Shown here piece by piece: positions 1 to 10,744 of a stretch of 64,000 bases of DNA. The notes beneath the pieces are model-generated. The model was not told where the DNA came from and did no database searches. It was given only the letters and a program-made list of their open reading frames with translations. Position 1 is the first letter of the stretch; each line of letters begins with the position of its first letter. This DNA is from an uncultured delta proteobacterium (GTDB lineage Bacteria > Myxococcota > B64-G9), in the NCBI GenBank assembly GCA_963754925.1, contig CAVWHX010000007.1, positions 297,288 through 361,287 on the forward strand, read 5' to 3'. The translations under genes and the position numbers were made by a program.

Positions 1-1200
1 CGCTACTAACTCGCGAGCACGGTAGCTCGGCGGCAACGGAGACAGGTCGGTTCCGTGACCATCGTACCAACCCGTAAGACCTTGATATATGCCACGTACT
101 GACCAACTGACCTTACCGTAATACTCTTGAAGATAGGACAGCTTGGCCAGTTCCGGCGGCAGTTTTACCTCCTGAGCCAATTCCTCGATGGATTGTCCCT
201 GGTTGATGCCTTTTAGCGTCTCTTGGTAGACATAACGAATCGCTTTACCGTAGCTTGTAAGCGTTTCACGAATATTGTCTGCACCGATGACGGCTAGCGT
301 GTGGCCGGGAATTAGATATCTCGGCTGTAATGCGATCATACGATCAATCGATTCATACCATTTAGCCACCGGCCGGGGCTCAAGCATGGGCGTAGACAGG
401 TTGGGAAACGAGGCGTAATAGAGATCGCCGCAAAAAAGCGCATTTTCGTGGGGCAGCCATACCATCAAATGGTCGGGAGTTTCGCCCCAGGTGTGATACA
501 GCTCGAAGGTTTTTCCACCGAGCGAAAAGGAGTATTTGTCGTCGAAGGTAATCGTCGGCATTACGATATCGCGGTTGGACCTGATCAGTTTTACCGGAGA
601 TTGGACGGAGAACGGCAGCGGCAGCGCGTATTCCGGAGCGAGCTGTCCCGCCTGATTGAGGCGGCTACGAGTATGAAATGGCTCTAACCATCCCATGTCC
701 TTTTTTATCAAGTCGACTGTATCGGCGGTGGCGATCACTCGCGTATCGTTTTCCAGAAACGATCGAGCTCCCTGCACATGGTCCAAATGGCCATGGGTAT
801 AGATGATGTACTTGATCGGTTTATCGGTTATCTTGCGAAACTCTGCTAAGATTTTTTTGGCCGCTTCTTCCGACTCGGTTGTATCGATGATCACCAAGCC
901 TTCCGCGGTAATGACCATCTGAACGTTTCCCAGGGCAAACCCGCGTGCGAGATAAATGTCGGCGGCAATCTTTTCCACCACGGGCTCTACGAGCTGCTTG
1001 AGCAGGGCTGCCTGTCTAACGGCTTCGAGCGACAACTTAGGCTTGGGCGGCGGATTGTAGGTCAAGGTCGACTCGCTCGGGGCCGCCGGCTCGCGCGTTA
1101 TTGCCGCGGGCTTTTTTAGGTGGAAGTTTTGCGCTAAAACTGCTCCCAAGAGAACCACGATAAACACTAGCTCGACTATCGCAACTATTTTTGCCTTCAT
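1..1200 (-). CDS. Metallo-beta-lactamase-fold hydrolase (alkyl sulfatase-like), runs off window, probably frameshifted near 355
   Basis: Manual translation from ATG at 1200 gives a hydrophobic N-terminus (MKAKIVAIVELVFIVVLLGAV), LVIIDT and YIIYTHGHLDH (HxHxDH motif). Confidence 0.75.
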   Translation of the reverse strand, partial: MKAKIVAIVELVFIVVLLGAVLAQNFHLKKPAAITREPAAPSESTLTYNPPPKPKLSLEAVRQAALLKQLVEPVVEKIAADIYLARGFALGNVQMVITAEGLVIIDTTESEEAAKKILAEFRKITDKPIKYIIYTHGHLDHVQGARSFLENDTRVIATADTVDLIKKDMGWLEPFHTRSRLNQAGQLAPEYALPLPFSVQSPVKLIRSNRDIVMPTITFDDKYSFSLGGKTFELYHTWGETPDHLMVWLPHENALFCGDLYYASFPNLSTPMLEPRPVAKWYESIDRMIALQPRYLIPGHTLAVIGADNIRETLTSYGKAIRYVYQETLKGINQGQSIEELAQEVKLPPELAKLSYLQEYYGKVSWSVRGIYQGLTGWYDGHGTDLSPLPPSYRARELVA

Positions 1201-1290
1201 TCCGCTTCTCCTAGCGCCACGAGCTCGTTCCGATTATTTCCATTATTTAGCGTTCCTATCCTACCATATGAGGCAGCCTATAAAACTCAT

Positions 1291-1460
1291 CATTGAAATC
1301 TTGCCATATAGCCCCGCCTGCACCGTTATGTCGCCATGAGACCTATCCATTCCTCAAGCTCATCTTTTCCAATATCCAGGATTGAGAATTCACCAATTTA
1401 CACCTAACGTGGTTTGGCTTACTTGTTTTTTCTTCTTGGATTTGAGTTGGGGAGGGGACA
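1291..1460. repeat. Dispersed intergenic repeat, copy 1
   Basis: Aligns by eye with 9658-9853 (catcttttccaaYatccMggat...ttcaccaa...acttgtttttt...ggatttgRgttggSgaggg). Confidence 0.8.
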
Positions 1461-1495
1461 GAGTCTGAACCGCGGCGTTGACCATGGATCGTTTC

Positions 1496-1939
1496 TCAGG
1501 ATGCCTTGAACCGCCGGCTGATTTCCTTCATGCGCTTACGGTTTACACCGAAGTCTGAATATCCAAGCCGGGAGGCCGAGCGGAACTGGATAGTTTTGTC
1601 GGTGTCACCAAGGTTAAACTCGACATCGTCGACAAAGCGGAAAACCGCTGAGGTAAACTCCACCTGCAGATAATCGTCGGTGGTCTCCACGATGTTGGTG
1701 CGCGGCATAGAGCGTATGATGGCTATGAGCTTAGCCATCGTTTCTTGGCGCGAGGTGGTGTAGCGTATGGGCGGAATAGCATGTTTTTTATCTTGGGCCT
1801 TGGTCGAGACACAGTTGGGGGAGTTAGGGCAGGGAGCCAGTTCCCCATTTTTAATTCCTAAATTATTCGGCCGTACGCCGCTACAACCGAATAAACTCAA
1901 TGATAGTGCCATAAGTAAAGATTTGCGTTTGAAAATCAT
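1496..1939 (-). CDS. DUF1499-family lipoprotein
   Basis: Lipobox LFGC; LAPCPNSPNCVS and RSASRLGYSDFGVNRKR motifs. Confidence 0.9.
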   Translation of the reverse strand: MIFKRKSLLMALSLSLFGCSGVRPNNLGIKNGELAPCPNSPNCVSTKAQDKKHAIPPIRYTTSRQETMAKLIAIIRSMPRTNIVETTDDYLQVEFTSAVFRFVDDVEFNLGDTDKTIQFRSASRLGYSDFGVNRKRMKEISRRFKAS

Positions 1940-2034
1940 AGGATCTACCTCTGTAACCTTTCATAGTGTATAGGCATTCTCATAACATTATACGGTGATT
2001 CTTTGGTGCTTTTACTAAGCAGCTTCTATCGTCG

Positions 2035-3136
2035 TTATTTAGAAGAAAATAAATTCAAATACGTTCCGTAACCTTCTTTTTCCAAATCCTCTTTTGGAAT
2101 AAATCGCAGGGCAGCTGAATTCATGCAATAGCGCAGACCGGTTGGCGGCGGACCGTCCGGGAAAACATGACCCACGTGAGAATCGGCATGCTTACTTCGC
2201 ACCTCGGTTCGCGTAGAAAAGAAGCCGTGGTCTACTTTCTCGACAATATTTCCCGGCTCCAGCGGTTTGGTGAAGCTGGGCCATCCGGTGCCGGAATCAT
2301 ATTTATCCAACGAGCTAAAAAGTGGCTCGCCGGAAACGATATCCACGTAAATGCCTTCTCTTTTGTTATCCGCATACTCATTCTTAAAAGCCGGCTCGGT
2401 GCCGTTTTTCTGCGTTACTTCATATTGCATTGCGGTGAGTTTCTTCCTCAGGGTCGCATCATCGGGTTTATCGAAACTTTCTGGGTCGGAAGTCGAAAGA
2501 CCTGAGTCATTTCCCCATAAACTCCTCACGGTTTGATCACGGCCGGATCGATATCGGTAGTAGTTGTAACGTATGGGATTTTTGGAATGATAATTCTGAT
2601 GATATTCCTCTGCGGGATAAAATTTAGTTAACATAATCAGATCAGTAGCAATGGGCTTCCCGAGCTTGCCTGATTCTGCTAGTGCCTGCTTCGATTTTTC
2701 GGCCATCTGCCTTTCTTCTTCATTTTGAAAGAATATGGCACTGCGATATTGAGGACCACGATCGACAAACTGCCCGCCTCCATCGGTAGGATCAATATGG
2801 TGCCAGAAGTAATTCAACAGTTGTTCATAAGTGATTTTATTCGGATCATAGTACACCTGCACGGCTTCAATATAACCCATTGCAGCATATGATTCATAGG
2901 TGGGGTTCTCCCCTTTTCCTCCGGTATAACCGGATATTACTTTTATGACGCCGGGAACCTTTTCAAAATCTGACTCCACACACCAAAAACATCCTCCGGC
3001 AAACGTGGCTATACTTGAATTTTTTGTTTCATCCGCCACGGTCATTTCAGTTTTTATCTCCCGTTGTTGGGTTTTCCCGTTTTGACAGCCAAATAAAATA
3101 ACCAACACTATTATGTAGTTTAAGTGATTTTTTCAT
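2035..3136 (-). CDS. msrAB: Bifunctional peptide methionine sulfoxide reductase MsrA/MsrB, likely lipoprotein (1-nt frameshift in signal peptide)
   Basis: GGCFWC (MsrA); SGTGWPSF and RYCMNS (MsrB); RBS AGGAGG before ATG at 3136, which is out of frame with ORF 2035..3108 by one base; LFGC lipobox. Confidence 0.93.
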
Positions 3137-3302
3137 TTTTCCTCCTTTGTGAGGAAATCAAATATCACTACCAGTGACATTAACGATGATCCGGCAATTG
3201 TCAAACCCACCTAAACAATAATTAACTTAAGAGTGTGGGAAAGCGCCTTCGGGATGGCATCGGGCTACCGCGCGCCAACTCCGGGGTGCTTTATAGCACT
3301 CC

Positions 3303-4042
3303 TTACTCAGCTTGCTTGGGCCGACCGCGTACGTTGCCATACCACGCCGCGAGTGTGCTCGCTGGCACGCCCAGGCGAAACAGAAGCGGGAAAACGTTGA
3401 CCAGCAGCGTGTAGTACACGGGTCGCTGAGAAAGCGCCTTCCGGCGACGGTGACGTAAGCCGGCACCGTGCGAATCGCTCCGCGTTGGCGCAAGGTCTTA
3501 CTGAGGGCGAGATCTTCCATCAACGCCAACTCGGGGAACCCACCCACGCTCCAAAAAATCTCGCGTCGAAGAAAGATCGCCTGGTCGCCGTAAGGAAGGC
3601 GGGAGTAGCGCGAGCGGAGATCCGCCAGGCGCAGCAATGGGCTCCACCATGGTCGCGGGCCGACTTCGTCGGCGACCGTCCAGGTATGGAAAGCGCCTGC
3701 AGCGGTGCCAGGAAGCGCGAGCGCGCGCTTAATGTGCGAGGCGGCGTCGGCTGGTAGGGAGACGTCGGCATGGAGAAAGAGAAGTACGTCTCCGGTCGCT
3801 CGTCTCGCCCCTTCGTTTATCTGGCGCGCGCGCCCACGGGGAGAATCCACTAACAGTACGCGGGGAAACCTCAGCGCGATGGCGCGGGTGTCGTCGCGGC
3901 TGCCGCCATCCACGACGATGACCTCGTGAAACTCGAGCCGCGCGAGCTCGCTTAAGCGCTTGCCGATGCGGGAGGCTTCATCGAGCACCGGCATCACAAC
4001 CGAGATGCGGGGTTTTGCGTCCGTACCTTCAAACCCACTCAT
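3303..4042 (-). CDS. GT2 glycosyltransferase, TIGR04283 type (arsenosugar/rSAM-associated); frameshift near 3420
   Basis: ISVVMPVLDE, VVDGGSRD, LLFLHAD, PYGDQAIF, LMED; shifted frame continues RPVYYTLLVNVFPLLFRLGV to TAA at 3303. Confidence 0.85.
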
Positions 4043-4750
4043 GGCAACCTCCTCATCAGCGCGAGTTCGGTTAACAGACGCGCGGTCCTCGGCGCGCAAA
4101 TGCGTTCTTCGCGCAGCAAGCCGGCGAGCCGAATCGAGGTCGGTCGGCAGGTCGACATCGAACCACAGCTCTGTCTCGGCCACGCGCAGGCCGGCAGAGC
4201 GAAGGCGCTCCACCGTTCGTTCCCGTGTCGTCGCCGTGCTCCATGGCAGTCCGCGCAGTAGTCCCGCCGGGCAGCGCCGTAATCCGAGAAGGTAAAAGCC
4301 GCCATCCTCGCAGGGACCAACCACCGCGTCGTGTTCGCCAAGGAGCTGCCGCGCAGAATAGAGAAATGCACGTGGTAGTCCGGGTGTGTCGGTGCCGATG
4401 GCGATGACCGCGTCGTTGCATTCGAGAGCTCGAGAAAGGACCCTCTCCATTCGTTCACCAAGGTCGCCCGTGCCCTGCCTCCAAATCGTGACGTCCGTGG
4501 TGAGACCGAGCGGTGCGGGATCGCCGTCGCACGCGACGACGACACGCGCCCAGTCACCGGCAGTCGCTGCCGCGAGCGTGTCCTCAAAAAAGGAGGTCGC
4601 AAGCTCGGCCGCCTCGGCCGCGCTCAGCGGGGGCGTGAGGCGGGTCTTGACCGCGCCCGGCAATGGAGTCTTGACGAAGATGCACAGCGTGGTCGGGATA
4701 GTCCCGCCGCGAAACTGGACGTGCGTTACCACCATCGATCTCCTCGTCAC
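4039..4750 (-). CDS. TIGR04282/DUF2064 nucleotidyl/glycosyltransferase-like protein; frameshift near 4105
   Basis: PGAVKTRL, QGTGDLGERM, IGTDTP, GPCEDGGFYLLG, DVD; alternate frame ends with TGA overlapping the next ATG (ATGA 4039-4042). Confidence 0.85.
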
Positions 4751-6291
4751 CGCCGCCAAGCCAGAAATCGCCTGAAGACCCGGAGGACTCCCGGCGTCAA
4801 CCTGGCGCGCTGGAAGGCGTCTCCAAGCCGCTTCCAGACCTCTGCCTGCGTCGGGTACGGATGTATTGTCCGCGACAATGCATCGGCCTTCGCTCCCTCG
4901 GTGATTGCGAAAACGATCTCGCCGATCATTTCCCCGGCGTGACGGGCGACCACGGTCGCCCCTACAATGCGTCTGCTTCCGGCCTCGACGTGCAGACGCG
5001 CAAAGCCCTCGGGCTCTCCGTCGAGTACGGCGCGGTCGACCTCGACGAACGACACCGTGAACGTTTGCACCGTTAGGCCTCGCGCGCGCGCCTCCTGCTC
5101 ATAAAGACCGACATGAGCGATCTCCGGATCGGTATAGGTGCTCCAGGGGATGACGAGCGAGCTCATGCGTTTCCGGCCGAAGAACAGAGCGTTCTGGATG
5201 ACCACCCGGGCCATGGCGTCAGCGGCGTGAGTAAACTTGTAGCGTGAACAGATGTCGCCAGCCGCGAAGATACGCCGGTTGCTGGTGCGCAGCTGGTCGT
5301 CAACCTTAACGCCATCGCGATTAAACTCGACGCCCGCGGCATCAAGCCCCAGCCCGTCGAGATTGGGCGTTCGCCCGACCCCCACCAAAATTTCGTCACC
5401 ATGCAATTCCTGTTGGGAACCCTTGCGTTCAAACATGACCACTTTGGCTCCGCCCCGCTTCTCGACACGCAAAATCTTGGATCCCAATGCCAGGCCGATA
5501 TTCTCGCGTTCAAATTGCGCTGCGATAACGGCAGTGGCATCGGCATCCTCACGAGGCAAGAGGCGATCATCGAGGCTGATAATGGTCACGTGGCTCCCCA
5601 ACCGCCGGAAAGCCTGCGCGAGTTCGCATCCGATAGGACCGGCCCCGATGACCAGCAGTCGCTGCGGCAGCTCGGTCAGCGAGAAAACAGTTTCATTGGT
5701 GAGAAAACGTGCCTCCGCGAGCCCCGGGATGGGAAGGCTTACCGCGCGCGCTCCCGTCGCGATGACGGCGCGCGCGAAGCGAAGACGGCGATCGCCGACC
5801 TGCAGCTCATCGGACCCCACAAAGACACCCTGCCCGAAGAACACATCGACGCCCGCCTCGGAGAAGCGTTTGGCCGAATCGTGCCGCGCGATACCCGCAC
5901 GGAGACGTCGTATGCGTTCCATGACCGCACCGAAATCCACCGCACCGGAGGGGGTGCGCGCGCCGAATGGCTCTCCGTGGGCCGCGTCATAAGCCGCGCG
6001 AGACGAGCGTATCAGCGCCTTGGAGGGAACACACCCGTGGTTGAGGCAGTCGCCGCCCATCAACGCGCGCTCTACGAGCGCGACCCTGGCGCCCAGGGCC
6101 GCGGCCCCGATAGCCGACACCAGACCCGCCGTGCCGGCGCCCACTACCACTAAGTTGTAGCGCCCGCTGGGAGTGGGGTTGAACCATTCGGCCGGACGGA
6201 CGTTGGCGAGCAGTTCCTGGTTGTGCCGGTCCCAAGGCGCGATCGGGTACGAACCCTCAGGAATCGTTGCCCCTATTTGTTCTGAGGTCAT
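4747..6291 (-). CDS. FAD-dependent pyridine nucleotide-disulfide oxidoreductase (mercuric reductase/dihydrolipoamide dehydrogenase-like)
   Basis: GAGTAG, GGDCLNHGCVPSK redox-active disulfide, GAGPIG, IHPYPT; lacks the C-terminal CC of true MerA. Confidence 0.9.
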   Translation of the reverse strand: MTSEQIGATIPEGSYPIAPWDRHNQELLANVRPAEWFNPTPSGRYNLVVVGAGTAGLVSAIGAAALGARVALVERALMGGDCLNHGCVPSKALIRSSRAAYDAAHGEPFGARTPSGAVDFGAVMERIRRLRAGIARHDSAKRFSEAGVDVFFGQGVFVGSDELQVGDRRLRFARAVIATGARAVSLPIPGLAEARFLTNETVFSLTELPQRLLVIGAGPIGCELAQAFRRLGSHVTIISLDDRLLPREDADATAVIAAQFERENIGLALGSKILRVEKRGGAKVVMFERKGSQQELHGDEILVGVGRTPNLDGLGLDAAGVEFNRDGVKVDDQLRTSNRRIFAAGDICSRYKFTHAADAMARVVIQNALFFGRKRMSSLVIPWSTYTDPEIAHVGLYEQEARARGLTVQTFTVSFVEVDRAVLDGEPEGFARLHVEAGSRRIVGATVVARHAGEMIGEIVFAITEGAKADALSRTIHPYPTQAEVWKRLGDAFQRARLTPGVLRVFRRFLAWRR

Positions 6292-7052
6292 GAAGAGCGC
6301 TCCTTGGGCGTGGGAACCTGGTCGAGAACGTGTTTCAGCGCTTTGCGTGCTATGCGCGTAAGGACGACGGTGACGGCCAGTGTTGCGACGAGGCCACCGA
6401 CCAGCAAGAGTTGACCCGCGACGCCTGATGATGGTCGCGTGCCGCTTACGAGCTCGTTTGCGCTGGTGACCAACGAACCAATGTAAACGTACAGTGCCGT
6501 TCCCGGCAACATGCCGAGCCACGAGCCAAGCACGAAGTCCCGCGGACGAACCTTGGTGAGCCCGAGCGCGTAGTTGAGCACGTTGAATGGGAAAACGGGT
6601 GAAAGCCTCAGGAGCACGACGATCTTAAAACCATGCTGACCGATGGCCGCGTCGATAGCCTCCCAACGACTATCCCGACCTACTCGTCGCGCAATCCAGC
6701 CCCGAGCCACCGTGCGCCCAAGAAGGAAGGCTGCCGTCGCCGCGATCACACTGACCGGCGACACAAGCATAAGCCCCCAGAACGGTCCGTAAGCAAAACC
6801 GCCGCCGATGGTCAGAATCGACCCGGGGAGCAGTAGGACCGCCGCCGCGACATAGGTCACCGCGAAGAAGGCCACACCCCATGGCCCTTGGCCGCGGATC
6901 CACTGGACCACGCCGACGAGCCACGAGGTCACCGGAAGCAGTATGATCACCGCGACGAGACCAACGACGACAAGGAGCGCAGCGAATAGGCGCAGGTCCG
7001 GTCTGACCGTGGTGTGCGCGGGTTTTGATAATTGGTGTTCTGAAGCGATCAT
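6288..7052 (-). CDS. TVP38/TMEM64 (VTT/DedA superfamily) membrane protein
   Basis: LPGSILTIGGGFAYG, LLRLSPVFPFNVLNYALG, GMLPGT. Confidence 0.9.
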   Translation of the reverse strand: MIASEHQLSKPAHTTVRPDLRLFAALLVVVGLVAVIILLPVTSWLVGVVQWIRGQGPWGVAFFAVTYVAAAVLLLPGSILTIGGGFAYGPFWGLMLVSPVSVIAATAAFLLGRTVARGWIARRVGRDSRWEAIDAAIGQHGFKIVVLLRLSPVFPFNVLNYALGLTKVRPRDFVLGSWLGMLPGTALYVYIGSLVTSANELVSGTRPSSGVAGQLLLVGGLVATLAVTVVLTRIARKALKHVLDQVPTPKERSS

Positions 7053-7066
7053 GTCATGTCGTTGCC

Positions 7067-8107
7067 TTATATCGTTGCTCCGCGGCAGCTCGATCCTGCG
7101 CCGGCGGCGCAGCCAAAGCAGTGGCGATGTACCATGATTCGACGAGCTTCGAGCGCCCGTTGGTCGAATGCGTCGATGCATTGAGGAGCATTCGGGTCGA
7201 TTCCAAGGTCCAGCATCTGGTTGAAGTCGCAGTCGTACAGCCTGCCGTCCCAGCCGACCGAGAGAGTCGTGCGGCACATGACGGCGGCGACCGCCGCCGG
7301 GTTGAAAGCTCCGGCTAGGCGCTGGAGGTATGAATCGAGATTGCCGGTCAGAATAAGCCACTCGAGATACCGGGCGATCGGCATGTTGGTGATGCAGTAG
7401 AGCGCATCGAACGAGACGCCGTGAAGGCGAGACATCTCACGTTTCCACTCGCTTTCCAGCGAAGCCTGGGATGCAGGAAGAAATGCTCCCACCGGGTTGG
7501 CGACCAGCACGAGTCTCAGACGCGGGTCCCCGCCGGCATAGCCGGCCTGGTTCAACCTGCGCAGGGCCGCTATCGATTTCTCGAACGTGCCCACGCCCCG
7601 CTGTCGATCCGTGAGCAGGGGGCGATAATGGGGCAGCGAGCATACGAGCTCGACGCTGTACTCTGCGAAGAAGGCCGGGAGATCGCGATAGGCCGGCTGC
7701 TCGAGAATAGTCAGGTTGCAGCGGTTAATGACGTGTCGGCCGAGAGCACGCACCTGCTTCACGAGGTAGCGGAAGTCCGGATGAAGTTCGGGCGCTCCAC
7801 CGGTGATATCGACGGTCGGAATGTCGGATGCTGCCAGCACGTCGAGACATCGTTCTAAAGAGTCTCGCGACATGCTTTCGCGTCGATCGGGGCCCGCATC
7901 GACGTGGCAGTGGAGGCAGGTCATGTTGCAGACGCGGCCCAAATTAAGTTGCAGGGTCGAGATGCGGGTCGGCTTCAGCGGCCATAGGCCGTGCCGATCG
8001 AGCAGCGTCTCGAAATCTTGGTCGAGCGACACCCCGGCGATATGCGCGAGCTGAACCCTCGGCTGCGCGAGAGGGAGCCGACGCTCAGTGAGAGATGTTG
8101 CCTGCAT
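7067..8107 (-). CDS. arsS: Arsenosugar biosynthesis radical SAM protein ArsS (TIGR04167, DUF3641 C-terminus)
   Basis: CNMTCLHCHV, DITGGAPE, YDCDFNQML, C-terminal HCFGCAAGAGSSC. Confidence 0.88.
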   Translation of the reverse strand: MQATSLTERRLPLAQPRVQLAHIAGVSLDQDFETLLDRHGLWPLKPTRISTLQLNLGRVCNMTCLHCHVDAGPDRRESMSRDSLERCLDVLAASDIPTVDITGGAPELHPDFRYLVKQVRALGRHVINRCNLTILEQPAYRDLPAFFAEYSVELVCSLPHYRPLLTDRQRGVGTFEKSIAALRRLNQAGYAGGDPRLRLVLVANPVGAFLPASQASLESEWKREMSRLHGVSFDALYCITNMPIARYLEWLILTGNLDSYLQRLAGAFNPAAVAAVMCRTTLSVGWDGRLYDCDFNQMLDLGIDPNAPQCIDAFDQRALEARRIMVHRHCFGCAAGAGSSCRGATI

Positions 8108-8110
8108 GGT

Positions 8111-8449
8111 CTACATCCCGATTTTGGTCGCGTGCTCGCGCATCTGCACACCGTGGACGAGGGTTGCGCCTCCACGGATTGCCGCCGCTACATGCAGCGC
8201 CTCGGTCATCTGGTCAAGATCGGCGCCCTTCTCCATGCTGTCCTTGCTGTAGGCGTCGATACAATAGGGGCACTGTAGCGCATGGGCCACAGCCAACGCG
8301 ATAAGGGACTTCTCGCGCGCCGACAGCGCACCGTCGGAAAAAACCTGCTCATACCAGTCAAAAAACTTCTTCGCTAGGTCGGGGCAGTTTTTGCTGACAT
8401 CTGCGAACTTGGCGAGATCCGCGGGGTCGTAGTACGTACTTTCCGGCAT
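8111..8449 (-). CDS. AhpD/CMD-family peroxidase-like protein associated with arsenosugar clusters
   Basis: REKSLIALAVAHALQCPYCIDAY, GATLVHGVQM; first gene of the arsS operon. Confidence 0.88.
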   Translation of the reverse strand: MPESTYYDPADLAKFADVSKNCPDLAKKFFDWYEQVFSDGALSAREKSLIALAVAHALQCPYCIDAYSKDSMEKGADLDQMTEALHVAAAIRGGATLVHGVQMREHATKIGM

Positions 8450-8597
8450 TGAATTCCCTCCTGTGTCTCGATATATCCCAGGCTCCGAGACATCTCATAC
8501 TGATGTTGTGACCAACAACGAAAGATCTTAAGCCTACAGCCCATCGTTGTCTAGGATGTTAAGGAATACGTGTTGTGGAATCAAGATGGTGAGCCCC

Positions 8598-8662
8598 CCA
8601 ATTTACGCTTACCCTGGCTTAGTTGGCTTGTTTTTTATTTCGGATTTGTTTTGGCGAAGGGC
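8598..8662. repeat. Dispersed intergenic repeat, copy 2 (right half only)
   Basis: ccaatttacgcttacc...gcttgttttttatttcggatttgttttggcgaaggg matches copies 1 and 3. Confidence 0.7.
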
Positions 8663-8714
8663 AGGTGGAATTATTTGCATCGGTGAACTGTTTATATACT
8701 GCTAAATACTTACC

Positions 8715-8999
8715 ATGAATTTGAGAAAGGAAGTCGCCATGCCGCCAAAAAAGTCTCACTCCTTTGGAAAAGACCAAAAACCTTCTACAGAATACAAAGA
8801 GTTAGCAAAAGTTGAGCACGAGGCTTCGCTTGGTGAATCCAAACCATCCCAGCAGCCGATGAAACCTGCCTCCGTACCGGTGACAAATAAACAAATTGCG
8901 AAGCGGGCGTTTGAGATTTGGAATGAACGCGGGCAACCCCCAGGCCTTGATATCGACAACTGGCTCCAGGCTGAGCGTGAACTCACGGGGCGCAAATAA
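8715..8999 (+). CDS. DUF2934-domain protein
   Basis: IAKRAFEIWNERG...DIDNWLQAEREL. Confidence 0.88.
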   Translation: MNLRKEVAMPPKKSHSFGKDQKPSTEYKELAKVEHEASLGESKPSQQPMKPASVPVTNKQIAKRAFEIWNERGQPPGLDIDNWLQAERELTGRK

Positions 9000-9060
9000 A
9001 AACAACTTTTTTGAAGGGACAAGGCCTGTATCATTGTTTCGCAGAATGAGGAGACGAAAG

Positions 9061-9582
9061 TTATTCCTGAGCTTTTAGTCGTTTCACTAAATCTACGAAA
9101 CCCTGCGGTGAGAAGAACAAAAAATCGCAGTCACCAAAGGAAATGTTGTCCCCATCTTTCAGCGGCACCGGCTCGCCCGCCTTCACCGTCCGACCATCGA
9201 GGAGTGTGCCGTTGGTCGAGCCAGCATCACCGAGCTGGTAGGTGTTCTTGTCGGGATCCAGCAGAATGAAGGCGTGTCGCTTTGATACCGTAGAGTGATC
9301 AATATTGAACTCGCGATCTTCGGAGCGACCCACCAAAAACTTAGTTGGAACCTTTCCGGTTCCAGTAGAATTAGGCAGCAATACTCGGTAGTTGCGTAAC
9401 TCTTGATAGCTTTGGACGATGCCGGAACCAGCTTGGTAATCGACCAACCGAGTGTGGCCAGTGGCAAAGCCCTTGGATTCGTGTTTCTCCTGGTAGAGCA
9501 TTGCCGGAGTGGAGTATTTTGCCAGAAAGGCTTCCGCGCCCAGCAGCGCGAGGGTTTCTATATACTCCTGGACGGTTTCCAT
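9061..9582 (-). CDS. FHA-domain protein
   Basis: VGR...VSKRHA...DAGSTNGT...LKDGD. Confidence 0.9.
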   Translation of the reverse strand: METVQEYIETLALLGAEAFLAKYSTPAMLYQEKHESKGFATGHTRLVDYQAGSGIVQSYQELRNYRVLLPNSTGTGKVPTKFLVGRSEDREFNIDHSTVSKRHAFILLDPDKNTYQLGDAGSTNGTLLDGRTVKAGEPVPLKDGDNISFGDCDFLFFSPQGFVDLVKRLKAQE

Positions 9583-9657
9583 ATTACTCCTCCCCTCAAC
9601 CCTGCTCTAATTTCACAGCTGCCCCCCCAATACCCGTTCCCATTGAAATTGCGTTGT

Positions 9658-9853
9658 TTTTATCTTATCTGCCCTTTCCTCCTACCGTTCGAAATTTTGC
9701 CAGATTATTCCAATCGCGTCAACATATCGCCATAACCCATTCAGTCCTCAATCCCATCTTTTCCAACATCCCGGATCGCGCGTTCACCAAGGTACGCTTA
9801 CCGTGTGGTTGGGTTGACTTGTTTTTTCGCTCGGATTTGGGTTGGCGAGGGAC
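9658..9853. repeat. Dispersed intergenic repeat, copy 3 (longest)
   Basis: Shares blocks with 1291-1460, 8598-8662 and 11653-11728. Confidence 0.8.
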
Positions 9854-9922
9854 CGTGATTTGATGATAGGGTTGTTTGACAAAAGATGAGCGCTTTCCTC
9901 AGCGACTGGCACCTTGGTTGGG

Positions 9923-10204
9923 TTACTTATTCTGGTTAGCTGCCTCGGCAGCAAGCTTAATTTCAGAACTTGCCTGCTCGATGAGTTCCTTCGCCTTCGC
10001 CGCGTGGCCTTCCATATCGTACTCGTTGGCCTTCTGGGCTGCAGTAATTTTTTGGAACGCTCCCTCGAGTAACTTCTGGGCTGCATGTAGATTCGGGTGC
10101 CTCTTTGCGCTTACATTCTGCACGGGACCAGGGTCTTTCGCCATAACAGCAGCAGAGGTGATAAGAGCGGTCGACAAACTAATGGCAACTAACAATCTCT
10201 TCAT
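9923..10204 (-). CDS. Small secreted helical protein
   Basis: RBS AGGAG, signal peptide MKRLLVAISL, conserved-looking NVSAKRHPNL...ANEYDMEGHAAKAK. Confidence 0.75.
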   Translation of the reverse strand: MKRLLVAISLSTALITSAAVMAKDPGPVQNVSAKRHPNLHAAQKLLEGAFQKITAAQKANEYDMEGHAAKAKELIEQASSEIKLAAEAANQNK

Positions 10205-10744
10205 AGTGTTCTCCTTTTTAAGTGGATGGAAATGCGGCAAATCGTTACTCGGCAGTGAGCCGGCTCGATTGTCCTCCTCGTTGATCTAAAGATCTTTTAT
10301 CCAACTGAGCTGCGATGCGACCTGAATGATTACACCCTTCCATAGTTAGTTGTCAATTTCTTCTTGCATTTATAATCCTAACGAGAAGCTACTTGCCTTA
10401 CCTATTCTGCTTCGCGCCACACCCTAGCGGCCTGGAGAGCACCACCTTTGGTGTCAATAGAGCCCCTGCCTTTCATTTTTTGACCCAATATTCTTTCTTA
10501 AGGACATAGCTTGTCCGTCATTGTTCCCATTTTTGTGCCCACTCGTCGCCAAAGTATCGGCTATTGTTGAGTACTACCGAATCTAGCGCCGGAACGCCGA
10601 AAACGAATGATGTTGTAACCTGCTGAAAAAGCGGTGTAAAAACTATATGTATACCGCGCAATCGGCTCGATACTCTAATAATAATAGAAACAGGTGAGGT
10701 GGCGTTGACGAACACCACTAACAAATATATGTGGAGGCGATGTC

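Noticed and set aside
1402..1483. Integron attC site (ACCTAAC...GTTGACC)
   Set aside because: Right core does not fit GTTRRRY, other repeat copies lack AAC, and there is no integrase in the window
3227..4759. 510 aa ORF as a natural fusion of two transferases
   Set aside because: An alternate frame ends in TGA overlapping the second gene's ATG (4039-4042) with an upstream GAGG RBS, so the fusion comes from a frameshift
4747..6291. Mercury resistance (merA)
   Set aside because: No C-terminal Cys-Cys, no NmerA domain, no merR/T/P nearby
7067..8449. Selenoprotein readthrough in ArsS or the AhpD-like protein
   Set aside because: Relevant positions are Cys codons; no in-frame TGA
10520..10545. 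Integrase arm-type sites (TGTTCCCA...TGTGCCCA)
   Set aside because: Too short; no tRNA or integrase nearby
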